17,285 bases of DNA from Caedimonas varicaedens (GCA_001192655.1 BBVC01000058.1:1-17285); one strand, 5' to 3'. Counted from the first letter of the stretch, positions 9,068-16,631 are shown. Program-made: numbers and translations. The notes: a model not told the origin generated them from the sequence alone.

Positions 9068-9808
9068 TTAGTCTGTTTTAGTGATTGTTTTTGCATTCTT
9101 GACTTTTCCCTGAATGCTGACCTGTTCTCCTATAAGAATAAGAAGACCTGGAGCTTCAAAAAGAATATCTCCTGAAACAATCGTATTACCTTTTAAGATA
9201 AGCTGTTGGGGATAACGATCCCGTCCTCCCTTACGTATGATAATCCCGGCAAGTTTGCAATCCACAAAAGTGGCCTGGTTAGTTCCTATCAGAATTTCTT
9301 GTTCAAAAATTGATGATTGCGCAAACAGGGAGCCATCCAGTGTCAGTTTTCCCTTCACATGGGATTGAATAAGTTTGCCAACACCGTTAACATTCAGTGC
9401 CTCAAAAAATGTGGTCTTTGTGGAAGAAAGAGCTCCATCAATTGAAGAAGTGCCACGAATGATGGCTCCTACAATTTCTGCGCCACCATTGACAACAAGT
9501 TCTCCTGTTTCACCTTCACCAAACCGGAAAGCTCCATTAACTGTTGTCTTTCCTGTGATGCGGGAGTTTTTGAATTGAGCGCTTCCATCTACTGTCACAA
9601 TATTTAACGCCGCTTTTTTCCCTATGAGCATCCCCTCTACATGAGTACTATTTTTTACCTCTGTTCCTTCAAGAATCACGGAACTGTTAACACTGAGAGA
9701 GTCTCGTTTTTCAGCACCGATTCTCGCACTGCCAAAAACGGTCAGAGAAAAGGAAAACGCCACAAAAAAAACAACGAAAATAATATTTTTGTGAAAAAAA
9801 TCCCGCAA
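9068..9808 (-). CDS. Bactofilin-like (DUF583-type) beta-helix repeat protein with an N-terminal signal peptide or membrane anchor
   Basis: Hydrophobic N-terminus NIIFVVFFVAFSFSLTVFGSA. This is followed by about 190 aa of short Gly-punctuated beta-strand repeats (VEGMLIGKKA, VDGSAQF, ITGKTTVNGAF, VVNGGAEIVGAIIRGTSSIDGAL, VKGKLTLDGSL), as in bactofilins. TTG start. Family call is from pattern only. Confidence 0.45.
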   Translation of the reverse strand: MRDFFHKNIIFVVFFVAFSFSLTVFGSARIGAEKRDSLSVNSSVILEGTEVKNSTHVEGMLIGKKAALNIVTVDGSAQFKNSRITGKTTVNGAFRFGEGETGELVVNGGAEIVGAIIRGTSSIDGALSSTKTTFFEALNVNGVGKLIQSHVKGKLTLDGSLFAQSSIFEQEILIGTNQATFVDCKLAGIIIRKGGRDRYPQQLILKGNTIVSGDILFEAPGLLILIGEQVSIQGKVKNAKTITKTD

Positions 9809-9938
9809 CGATAATTTCCTTTTTTATATGTTGGACGTATGTTATCACATTCAGGAAGAAAATTAACCCATGTAAAAATAATCGTGGAAAAATTTTCTCA
9901 AATATGATCACATAGCCGCTTTAAAAGGAGTCAATCAT

Positions 9939-10841
9939 TTGAAGAAATTCCCTTCTTTTCTCGCCGCCTTTATTTTATTGAGTCAATATTGGCACGCATT
10001 GGCAGAGACTAAACCACCTTCATCTTCCAATAATACCTATTTGGGGCATGAAAAGCCGTCTTGCCTGTCTCAGCCTCGTACGCACGAAAATTCTGACGCT
10101 TATAAAAAAGGGGTTGAACAAGCCCAAATAGCGCTACAAAAACCCTATACTTCTCCCGAAAGTGTTTGGAATCGGGATTTCTTGACTAAAAAATCTTATC
10201 TTCGGGACGCTATAAAGGATTTTCTTGAGGGAAAAAGAGGACAATCTGTTCGCAATATCAAACTCTCAGGGAAAAAGCCTGATGAAATATACAAAATATT
10301 GATTGACGCAGGCTTTCATCATGAGCGTGTCCCTCTTTCAGCCTATAGCAATGATAAGGGACGCAAGTTCTGGCTCAGAGATGGAACAAAAACAACCAAT
10401 CCCAAAGACCCACAAGTTGTTCCTATGGACATTTATGCCCATCCTGATGGGGGAATTATCCGTATAAAGCCTGAAGGCGTTCCCTCTCCCAGATCTCTTC
10501 GTCCCCAACCATCAGCAACCAAGGCGGTTGTTTATAATCTTAAATCTGGCAGAGATAGTCATCACCTTGATACACGTTATCGTAATGAGGCTTTTAAGGT
10601 TTCTGATGAGGGTGTGCCTCTTCCCAAGGGACCTTCTGCCAAAGTGGGGATGCGTTTTCTGTTGGATCGAAAAGAGATCGCTCAAAAGAAAGATCCTGAC
10701 GCCGCGCGGGACGAACTTAAGGGTTGGATTTCAACGATTATGGGCGCTACTCATATTGATTTGAGTACTGATTTCAGCCAATGCCCAAAAGAGGAAATAA
10801 ATCTTCCAGCGAAAAGTGAGGAAAATCCTTCCAAAAGCTGA
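9939..10841 (+). CDS. Secreted hypothetical protein (300 aa), no family recognised
   Basis: TTG start 8 nt after AAGGAG (9925-9930) and signal peptide MKKFPSFLAAFILLSQYWHALA. The mature part is hydrophilic and rich in Pro and Lys. Confidence 0.6.
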   Translation: MKKFPSFLAAFILLSQYWHALAETKPPSSSNNTYLGHEKPSCLSQPRTHENSDAYKKGVEQAQIALQKPYTSPESVWNRDFLTKKSYLRDAIKDFLEGKRGQSVRNIKLSGKKPDEIYKILIDAGFHHERVPLSAYSNDKGRKFWLRDGTKTTNPKDPQVVPMDIYAHPDGGIIRIKPEGVPSPRSLRPQPSATKAVVYNLKSGRDSHHLDTRYRNEAFKVSDEGVPLPKGPSAKVGMRFLLDRKEIAQKKDPDAARDELKGWISTIMGATHIDLSTDFSQCPKEEINLPAKSEENPSKS

Positions 10842-10955
10842 TTTTTAGAAAAAAGTTGTATTGTAAAGAATAAATTTTTCCTACATGACTTGAGTTGTTT
10901 GAAAATAATGAACAAAAATCAAAAGCTATTCATCTCAATAAGATTCATCATTCAT

Positions 10956-11693
10956 TTATACAGAAGATTCAGGAAGTATGACCGCATCAATCCAATACGT
11001 CAGGGCTGTTTGTAAATTTCTTCTAAATGTATTCGAATCAAAAGACTTACTGATGTAACCGCTCGCGAAATTTTTATAGGCCATGACCATATCTTTTTTA
11101 CTTAAACTGTTTGTCAGAACAAGTACTGGAATATCTTGAATGTTACGGTCTTGCTTAATGGCACGAAGTACTGAAAAACCATTCACTTTCGGAAGGTTAA
11201 GATCTAGCAAAACAATATCAGGTTTTGTAAAAGATGTAGTTCCTGGATATTTTTTAAAGTAATGAATTGCTTCATCTCCACTGTGAATACAATAAATTTC
11301 AAAATCATAAGGACAAGTTTCTAGAATCTTTCTTATTAAAAATTCATCTGCTGAACTATCTTCAACTAATAACAAGTTGATTTTTTCCCTTGCTTTAAGA
11401 GAAATTGTATCATTTTGAGCAGAAGGATTAAGATCAGTTTTTTTAGGCGTGTATCCTTCAAAAAAAGCGTTGAAGGTTGTTGAAAAAATCAGAGAAAAAT
11501 TATAGAGCATACTTGCAGAAATTTTTGCTTGCCCTCCCTCATATTTGTGGATTTGCTGGTGAGAAACCTCTGCGCGCTCGGCAAGGTTTGTCAATGTCCA
11601 TCCAAGCCGTGTTCTAAAATCCCGCAATTTTTTCCCTAAATGAACATCTATCGGATCAGGTTCGCCTCCCAGCATTTTCGGATCTTTTATCAT
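10956..11693 (-). CDS. Atypical response regulator: N-terminal XRE-family HTH domain fused to a C-terminal receiver (REC) domain
   Basis: XRE HTH: IDVHLGKKLRDFRTRLGWTLTNLAERAEVSHQQIHKYEGGQAKISASMLYNFSLIF...FFEG. REC: LLLVEDSSADEF, phospho-acceptor context IVLLDLNLPKVNG, VLVLTNS and YISKS. GAGGA lies 5-6 nt before ATG 11693. Confidence 0.85.
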   Translation of the reverse strand: MIKDPKMLGGEPDPIDVHLGKKLRDFRTRLGWTLTNLAERAEVSHQQIHKYEGGQAKISASMLYNFSLIFSTTFNAFFEGYTPKKTDLNPSAQNDTISLKAREKINLLLVEDSSADEFLIRKILETCPYDFEIYCIHSGDEAIHYFKKYPGTTSFTKPDIVLLDLNLPKVNGFSVLRAIKQDRNIQDIPVLVLTNSLSKKDMVMAYKNFASGYISKSFDSNTFRRNLQTALTYWIDAVILPESSV

Positions 11694-12048
11694 TATTCTA
11701 TCCTCACTGTATTTTTAAAATTCATCTTATTTTGCTATTTTAAAACTTAATTAGGTGAACCCAGACTAAGAATATTTCAGCAAAAAAGATACAAAAATCT
11801 ATTGCCAAAAGAAAACAGTAAAGTCTTTAAATATGAGGTGAAATTAAATTATTACATTCTGGAAAGATAGCTTAACATATTTCAAAGGGTAAGATTTCCT
11901 GAAAAATCCAAAGATCCTAAAGATATTTTTTGATCACCTGGCTGAAAACCTTAATACTATATACTTGAGATTGCCAGATTACCAAAGTGATACGCGACGA
12001 CATATTCAAAAGTTATAAATTTGAAAGATTGGTTGGAAAGGGGTTAAA
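11694..12048. promoter_or_regulatory. 355-bp AT-rich divergent intergenic region, presumed to carry the promoters and operators of the regulator and kinase genes
   Basis: It lies between divergent start codons 11693 (-) and 12049 (+) and contains no ORF of note. I could not assign specific -35/-10 boxes. Confidence 0.4.
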
Positions 12049-13179
12049 ATGGCGAAAATATCAGTCGAGAGTTTATCAACGAATCTTGTTATTGATCAAG
12101 AGCAAGAGAATCAATTTCAGACACTTATTCATCAACTTATAAAAATGCTTCCTGCTGCTGTAGCAATGTTTGATATAGATATGCGTTATCTTGCCGTAAG
12201 CGATCAATGGTATACAGAAACAAAAGTTTCCAAACGAAAAGATATTATTGGCCAATTACATTATGATGTTATTCAAGATATTCCCCTTAAATGGAAGATA
12301 CTTCATCAACGGTGCCTCAAGGGGGAACATTTGAAATGTGACGAAGATGTTTTCTGCTGTAGGGATGGGCATAAAGAATGGCTAAAATGGGAAATTGCGC
12401 CATGGTATATAAACAACAAGATCGGGGGGATGTTTATGTTTATCGAACATCTGACAGATCGTAAGAATACTGAAAATAAGATGAAAGAGATGATTGGCGA
12501 ATTAAAACGTTGCAATAGCGCACTTAAAAGATTTGCTCACATTTGTGCACACGATATGAGGGAGCCAATTCGGACTATCTACAGCTATATAGAGCTTATT
12601 GAAGAGAAAGTAGAAAAAAAAGGAGAAACTCTAGAATATACCAAATATATAAAAGCAAGTGCTATTTATCTTAATAATTTAATAAAAGACTTATTGTTTG
12701 ATGCTGAAATGGACGGAGCTTCATTAAATTTTAAACACTTGTCACTGGAAGAAATCATAACCAATATTATGACAGTCCTTTATAAGGAAATTGAAGAAAA
12801 AAAAATTGTCGTATCGTATGATAAATTACCTGTGATCTATGGTGACGAGGTTCTACTCAATCAGCTCATTCAAAATCTTATAAGTAATTCGATTAAATAT
12901 AATAAAACCAAAAATCCTGTTATTCATATTAGAGCTCGTGAGTTAAAAAACGCCTGGATTATATCTCTGGAAGACAATGGTATTGGTATTGAACCACAAT
13001 ACTTTAAGACTATTTTCGAACCTTTTGAGAGGCTTCATAATAAATCAGAATATGAAGGATCGGGGCTTGGTCTTTCTCAATGCAAGAAAATTATTGAAAG
13101 CCATAAGGGGAAAATTTGGGTGAGATCAGAGCTAACTAAAGGGGCAACGTTCTATTTTATGATTCCAAAAGAACAATAG
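12049..13179 (+). CDS. Soluble sensor histidine kinase (PAS - HisKA - HATPase_c), no transmembrane segment
   Basis: PAS-like region AVAMFDIDMRYLAVSDQW...RDGHKEWLKWEIAPW, H-box FAHICAHDMREPIRTI, N-box QNLISNSIKYN, G1 LEDNGIGI, F FEPFERL and G2 GSGLGLSQC. AAGGGG lies 5 nt upstream of the ATG. Confidence 0.9.
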   Translation: MAKISVESLSTNLVIDQEQENQFQTLIHQLIKMLPAAVAMFDIDMRYLAVSDQWYTETKVSKRKDIIGQLHYDVIQDIPLKWKILHQRCLKGEHLKCDEDVFCCRDGHKEWLKWEIAPWYINNKIGGMFMFIEHLTDRKNTENKMKEMIGELKRCNSALKRFAHICAHDMREPIRTIYSYIELIEEKVEKKGETLEYTKYIKASAIYLNNLIKDLLFDAEMDGASLNFKHLSLEEIITNIMTVLYKEIEEKKIVVSYDKLPVIYGDEVLLNQLIQNLISNSIKYNKTKNPVIHIRARELKNAWIISLEDNGIGIEPQYFKTIFEPFERLHNKSEYEGSGLGLSQCKKIIESHKGKIWVRSELTKGATFYFMIPKEQ

Positions 13180-13371
13180 AGATCAGTTGATTGATAAAAT
13201 ATTAAAAAAACCCTTAAACATCTAAGGAAAATCCCAAACTTTTTTTGTGTAAAAAAGCCCCCAATAACATTATTAATGTTTAATTTAAGAGAAAATTTCT
13301 ACTTTAGACATTTACCTGTTCTATGTCACAATGATTCCAAGTGGTTTGATAACTTAAAAAAAGAGGAAGAG

Positions 13372-13689
13372 ATGTATCAAAATATACGTTCTATGGTTGT
13401 ATTTTTAGGAATAAGTATGCTTACAAATTGCTCTGTAGTTTCCGATCGAGAGACTCTTGGCGAATATGTAGATGATACAGGAGTTACAGCCAAGGTTAAA
13501 ACAGCTATTCTCAATGATTCCGTGTTGGCGCCCTTTCAAATTCACGTAGAAACTTTTCAAGGCGCTGTCCAGCTAAGTGGTTTTGTAGAAACCTCACAAC
13601 AAGCAATCAAGGCTGAGCAACTCGCTAGAAAAACGCAGGGAGTTCATACTGTTAAAAATAGTTTGATAGTTCGATCAATTTCAAAATAA
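13372..13689 (+). CDS. BON-domain (OsmY-like) exported protein, possible lipoprotein
   Basis: VDDTGVTAKVKTAILNDSVLAPFQIHVETFQGAVQLSGFVETSQQAIKAEQLARKTQGVHTVKNSLIV matches the BON pattern. Signal MVVFLGISMLTN-C has a non-canonical -1 Asn. I prefer ATG 13372 (AGAGGA at 13362-13367) to the track start 13276. Confidence 0.82.
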   Translation: MYQNIRSMVVFLGISMLTNCSVVSDRETLGEYVDDTGVTAKVKTAILNDSVLAPFQIHVETFQGAVQLSGFVETSQQAIKAEQLARKTQGVHTVKNSLIVRSISK

Positions 13690-13803
13690 GGGAAGCGTTT
13701 GTTCTAATACTCCTCTCAAGATAAAGAAATGCCTCGATCAAGCGTTGACTTTAGTTTGTAAAAAGTAAGCGTTTTTTCATGTGTTTTTGAAAGGGCGTTA
13801 GTG

Positions 13804-14322
13804 ATGTTTACTCTTAATGACACTTCTTCTATGCAATTTAGAAACGAAACTGAAAAGAATATTGCTTTTGAACAATATAAAATACTTGCAGACTCTATTG
13901 GAAAAACTAACGAGACAAGAGAGAATTCGAATAATTTCTGGATAACAGTGAATGGTATTGCCACTTCTGCTTTAGCCTATATGAGAGATACTCAAACTAT
14001 TTCTATGGAGCGCAAATCTTTCCTACTGTGGACAATCATTGTGATAGGAATGTTTTTGTGTTTGTCATGGTTCAGTTATCTCTGGACAATTAAAAAGTCT
14101 CTTGAAATTAGAAATACGCTTTTAGTTGATCTGGAAAAATATTTTCCTGTTCCTATCTTTAAAACTTTTTTTGCTTTAACACAAAAAAAGCCAGATAAAT
14201 CTTCTTTAACCATAAAAGAAATGTTTGTCCCTACTTTATTTTTAATAGGGTATTTCTTTTTTGCTTTTTTATTATTCTTTTTCACAGAAGAAGTTATCAC
14301 TCCTTCCTCTCAGAGCGAATGA
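13804..14322 (+). CDS. Small integral membrane protein (2-3 TM). Tentatively RipA-like, from memory of the motif.
   Basis: The N-terminal cytoplasmic helix FEQYKILADSIGKTNETRENSNNFWITVNGIATSALAY is followed by hydrophobic segments FLLWTIIVIGMFLCLSWFSYLW and VPTLFLIGYFFFAFLLFFF. ATG 13804 lies 8 nt after AAGGG. Confidence 0.55.
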   Translation: MFTLNDTSSMQFRNETEKNIAFEQYKILADSIGKTNETRENSNNFWITVNGIATSALAYMRDTQTISMERKSFLLWTIIVIGMFLCLSWFSYLWTIKKSLEIRNTLLVDLEKYFPVPIFKTFFALTQKKPDKSSLTIKEMFVPTLFLIGYFFFAFLLFFFTEEVITPSSQSE

Positions 14323-14393
14323 ATTCCATAGTCTTTATGAATAATTTCATATTATAATTTTAGAAAATAAAAAAGCAGGTGAGAGGACATCAT

Positions 14394-16022
14394 ATGTCAG
14401 AGACGTTATCTTTTGATGTTGTTATTGTTGGTGCAGGACCTGCAGGATTAACGGCAGCCATACGACTTAAACAGCTTTGTCAGAAAACAGGCAAAGATTT
14501 AAAAGTTTGTGTTTTAGAAAAAGGCGCTGAAGTCGGAGCCCATATCCTCTCAGGTAATGTTTTTGAACCTCGTGCTCTTGAAGAACTTTTTCCTGATTGG
14601 AAAGAGCGAGGGGCTCCTCTTTCAACCCCTGTCACTGACGACTCTTTTATATTCTTGACGGAAAGAAATTTTTTTCGCCTTCCTACTCCGCCTCAAATGA
14701 AAAATCATGGAAATTACGTTATAAGTCTGGCCAATTTTTGTCGATGGCTTGCTGTTCAGGCTGAAGCATTGGGTGTTGAAATTTATCCGGGTTTCGCCGT
14801 AGCTCAATGTTTATTCAATGATAAAAACGAAGTCATTGGCGTTGAAACAAACCCCGTAGGTCTTGATAAGGAAGGACACCCCACAGAACAATATGAACCA
14901 GGCGTTCAAATTATGTCCCGTCACACTCTTTTTGGTGAAGGATGTCGGGGATCATTAACCAAACAATTATCAGAAAAATTCGGTTTGCAACGTTATGCTC
15001 AGCCACAAACTTATGCTCTCGGCATAAAAGAATTATGGGAAATTTCTCCTGAAAAACATAAGCCCGGCACTGTAACGCATACGATAGGATGGCCTCTTGA
15101 TCAGAAAACATATGGAGGATCATTTATTTATCATATGGAAAATAATCAGGTCTCTTATGGTCTTGTGATTGGCCTTGATTACAAAAATCCTTACCTTAAC
15201 CCTTATGAAGAGACACAACGCCTTAAACTGCACCCTTACCTCAAGACTCTTTTTGAAGGGGGACGCCGTATTTCTTATGGCGCCCGTGCGTTAAATGAGG
15301 GAGGTTGGCAATCTATCCCTCAACTTGGATTTCCAGGGGGCAGCTTGATTGGCTGCAGTGCAGGTTTTCTGAATGTTTTAAAAATTAAAGGAACACATAC
15401 TGCAATGAAATCAGCCATGATTGCAGCAGAAACGATATTTGAAGCGCTCAGTACAAACACGCAACCTCAACCGGGACTTTATGATCAGCGTATTCGCCAG
15501 AGCTGGATCAGGGACGAATTGTATCCCGTCAGGAATATTCGCCCCGGCTTTAAAGCGGGTTTTTGGTTAGGCATGGTTAATGCCGGTCTTGAAACATACG
15601 TTTTTCGTGGACAGGCGCCCTGGACATTTTCTCATCATGAAGATAACAGGACATTAAGTTTTGCCGCAGAATCCCAAAAGATTGATTATCCCAAGCCCGA
15701 TGGTAAAATTACTTTTGACCGGCTTTCCTCTGTTTATTTATCAAATACCAACCATAAAGAAAATCAGCCTTGTCATTTAAAGCTTAGAAATCCCGAAACT
15801 CCTATCTCTTATAATCTGAAATATTTTGATGCCCCTGAACAGCGTTATTGTCCTGCAGGTGTTTATGAAATTATAAAAGATAACATGACCCGCACTTACC
15901 GATTACAAATCAATGGACAAAATTGTGTCCATTGCAAGACGTGTGACATTAAAGATCCCCTGCAGAATATCAGCTGGGTTCCGCCTGAAGGAGGAGATGG
16001 CCCCCGTTACCCAAACATGTAA
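14394..16022 (+). CDS. Electron-transfer flavoprotein:ubiquinone oxidoreductase (ETF-QO)
   Basis: FAD fold FDVVIVGAGPAGLTAA and C-terminal 4Fe-4S cysteine cluster YCPAGVYE...NCVHCKTCDIKDP. ATG 14394 (GAGAGGA 7 nt upstream) is preferred over GTG 14379. Confidence 0.92.
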   Translation: MSETLSFDVVIVGAGPAGLTAAIRLKQLCQKTGKDLKVCVLEKGAEVGAHILSGNVFEPRALEELFPDWKERGAPLSTPVTDDSFIFLTERNFFRLPTPPQMKNHGNYVISLANFCRWLAVQAEALGVEIYPGFAVAQCLFNDKNEVIGVETNPVGLDKEGHPTEQYEPGVQIMSRHTLFGEGCRGSLTKQLSEKFGLQRYAQPQTYALGIKELWEISPEKHKPGTVTHTIGWPLDQKTYGGSFIYHMENNQVSYGLVIGLDYKNPYLNPYEETQRLKLHPYLKTLFEGGRRISYGARALNEGGWQSIPQLGFPGGSLIGCSAGFLNVLKIKGTHTAMKSAMIAAETIFEALSTNTQPQPGLYDQRIRQSWIRDELYPVRNIRPGFKAGFWLGMVNAGLETYVFRGQAPWTFSHHEDNRTLSFAAESQKIDYPKPDGKITFDRLSSVYLSNTNHKENQPCHLKLRNPETPISYNLKYFDAPEQRYCPAGVYEIIKDNMTRTYRLQINGQNCVHCKTCDIKDPLQNISWVPPEGGDGPRYPNM

Positions 16023-16578
16023 TAGATTCTATTGCGATGCCCTCGGCTTCCAACATTTTTCTTTTACGTGGCAATCCCCATCGATAGCCCCCTAGAGTAT
16101 TATCTTTTCTTAAAACGCGATGGCAGGGCAAAAAAAGAGAAATAGGATTGGCTCCTACAGCAGAACCAACAGCCCGTACGGCTTTGGGATGATGAATAGC
16201 CTGGGCTATTTTTCCATATGTCGTGGTCTCGCCTGAACGAAGGGTTGACAGATATTTCCAGACTTTTAATTGAAAGGGGGTTCCGCTCAAAAGAAACGAA
16301 AGAGGCTTCTCTTCCCTTATTTTTTGCCCCCACTGCTGTATCTGTTCTTTATCTTCAAAAAAAGACCCAAGATTATATTTTTTTGCAAAAATCTTTTTTA
16401 GGTGACCAACTTCCTGCTGATCTTCAGGGTAACAAAGCGCCAACAAATCTACAGCCGTTGCCAATAAAAACATATCTCCGTAAAAAGAAGAAGCCAGACC
16501 TGTGTAAATTTTCTGACCAGCCAGACGATGAAATAACTCAATGGGATTTATAAAAGAAAATTTATGAAACGAAGACAT
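15970..16578 (-). CDS. ogt: Methylated-DNA--protein-cysteine methyltransferase (Ogt-type) with a roughly 20-aa non-conserved C-terminal tail
   Basis: TYGKIAQAIHHPKAVRAVGSAVGANPISLFLPCHRVLRKDNTLGGYRWG contains the PCHRV active site. ATG 16578 lies 5 nt after AGGAG and is preferred to GTG 16584. Confidence 0.85.
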   Translation of the reverse strand: MSSFHKFSFINPIELFHRLAGQKIYTGLASSFYGDMFLLATAVDLLALCYPEDQQEVGHLKKIFAKKYNLGSFFEDKEQIQQWGQKIREEKPLSFLLSGTPFQLKVWKYLSTLRSGETTTYGKIAQAIHHPKAVRAVGSAVGANPISLFLPCHRVLRKDNTLGGYRWGLPRKRKMLEAEGIAIESITCLGNGGHLLLQAEPS

Positions 16579-16631
16579 AATCACTCCTGATAAATAATTC
16601 GTATTTTTTCACCCTTACCACGATTCTTGAC

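Noticed and set aside
10330-10400. Local resemblance of SNDKGRKFWLRDG in the secreted protein to the GDKGRKIYEWD segment of the colicin E3 RNase domain
   Set aside because: Only about five residues match and none of the surrounding colicin E3 sequence is recognisable. This is not evidence of homology.
10842-10955. Search for intrinsic terminators after the secreted-protein gene, the kinase gene (13180-13270) and the membrane-protein gene (14323-14360)
   Set aside because: I found only short, almost pure A/T hairpins, for example TATGAA-TAAT-TTCATA at 14336-14351 and CCTTA-AACATC-TAAGG near 13211-13226. None has a proper GC stem plus U-tract, so they are not reported as features.
10956-11693. 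Possibility that the N-terminal-output/C-terminal-receiver protein is PhyR of the general stress response
   Set aside because: The N-terminal domain reads as a classical XRE HTH (QQIHKYEGGQAKISAS), not a sigma70-like domain, and no nepR or ecfG-like genes are adjacent. The resemblance is architectural only.
11753-11939. AGGTGA(A) motif in the regulator-kinase spacer, twice on the plus strand (11753, 11836) and once inverted (11934-11939), as possible XRE operators
   Set aside because: A 6-mer occurring three times with irregular spacing (83 and about 98 nt) and no dyad partner is too weak to call without comparative or binding data.
13276-13371. N-terminal extension of the BON protein from the track start at 13276
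   Set aside because: The extension (MFNLRENFYFRHLPVLCHNDSKWF...) precedes the signal peptide and has no RBS, whereas ATG 13372 follows AGAGGA at proper spacing.
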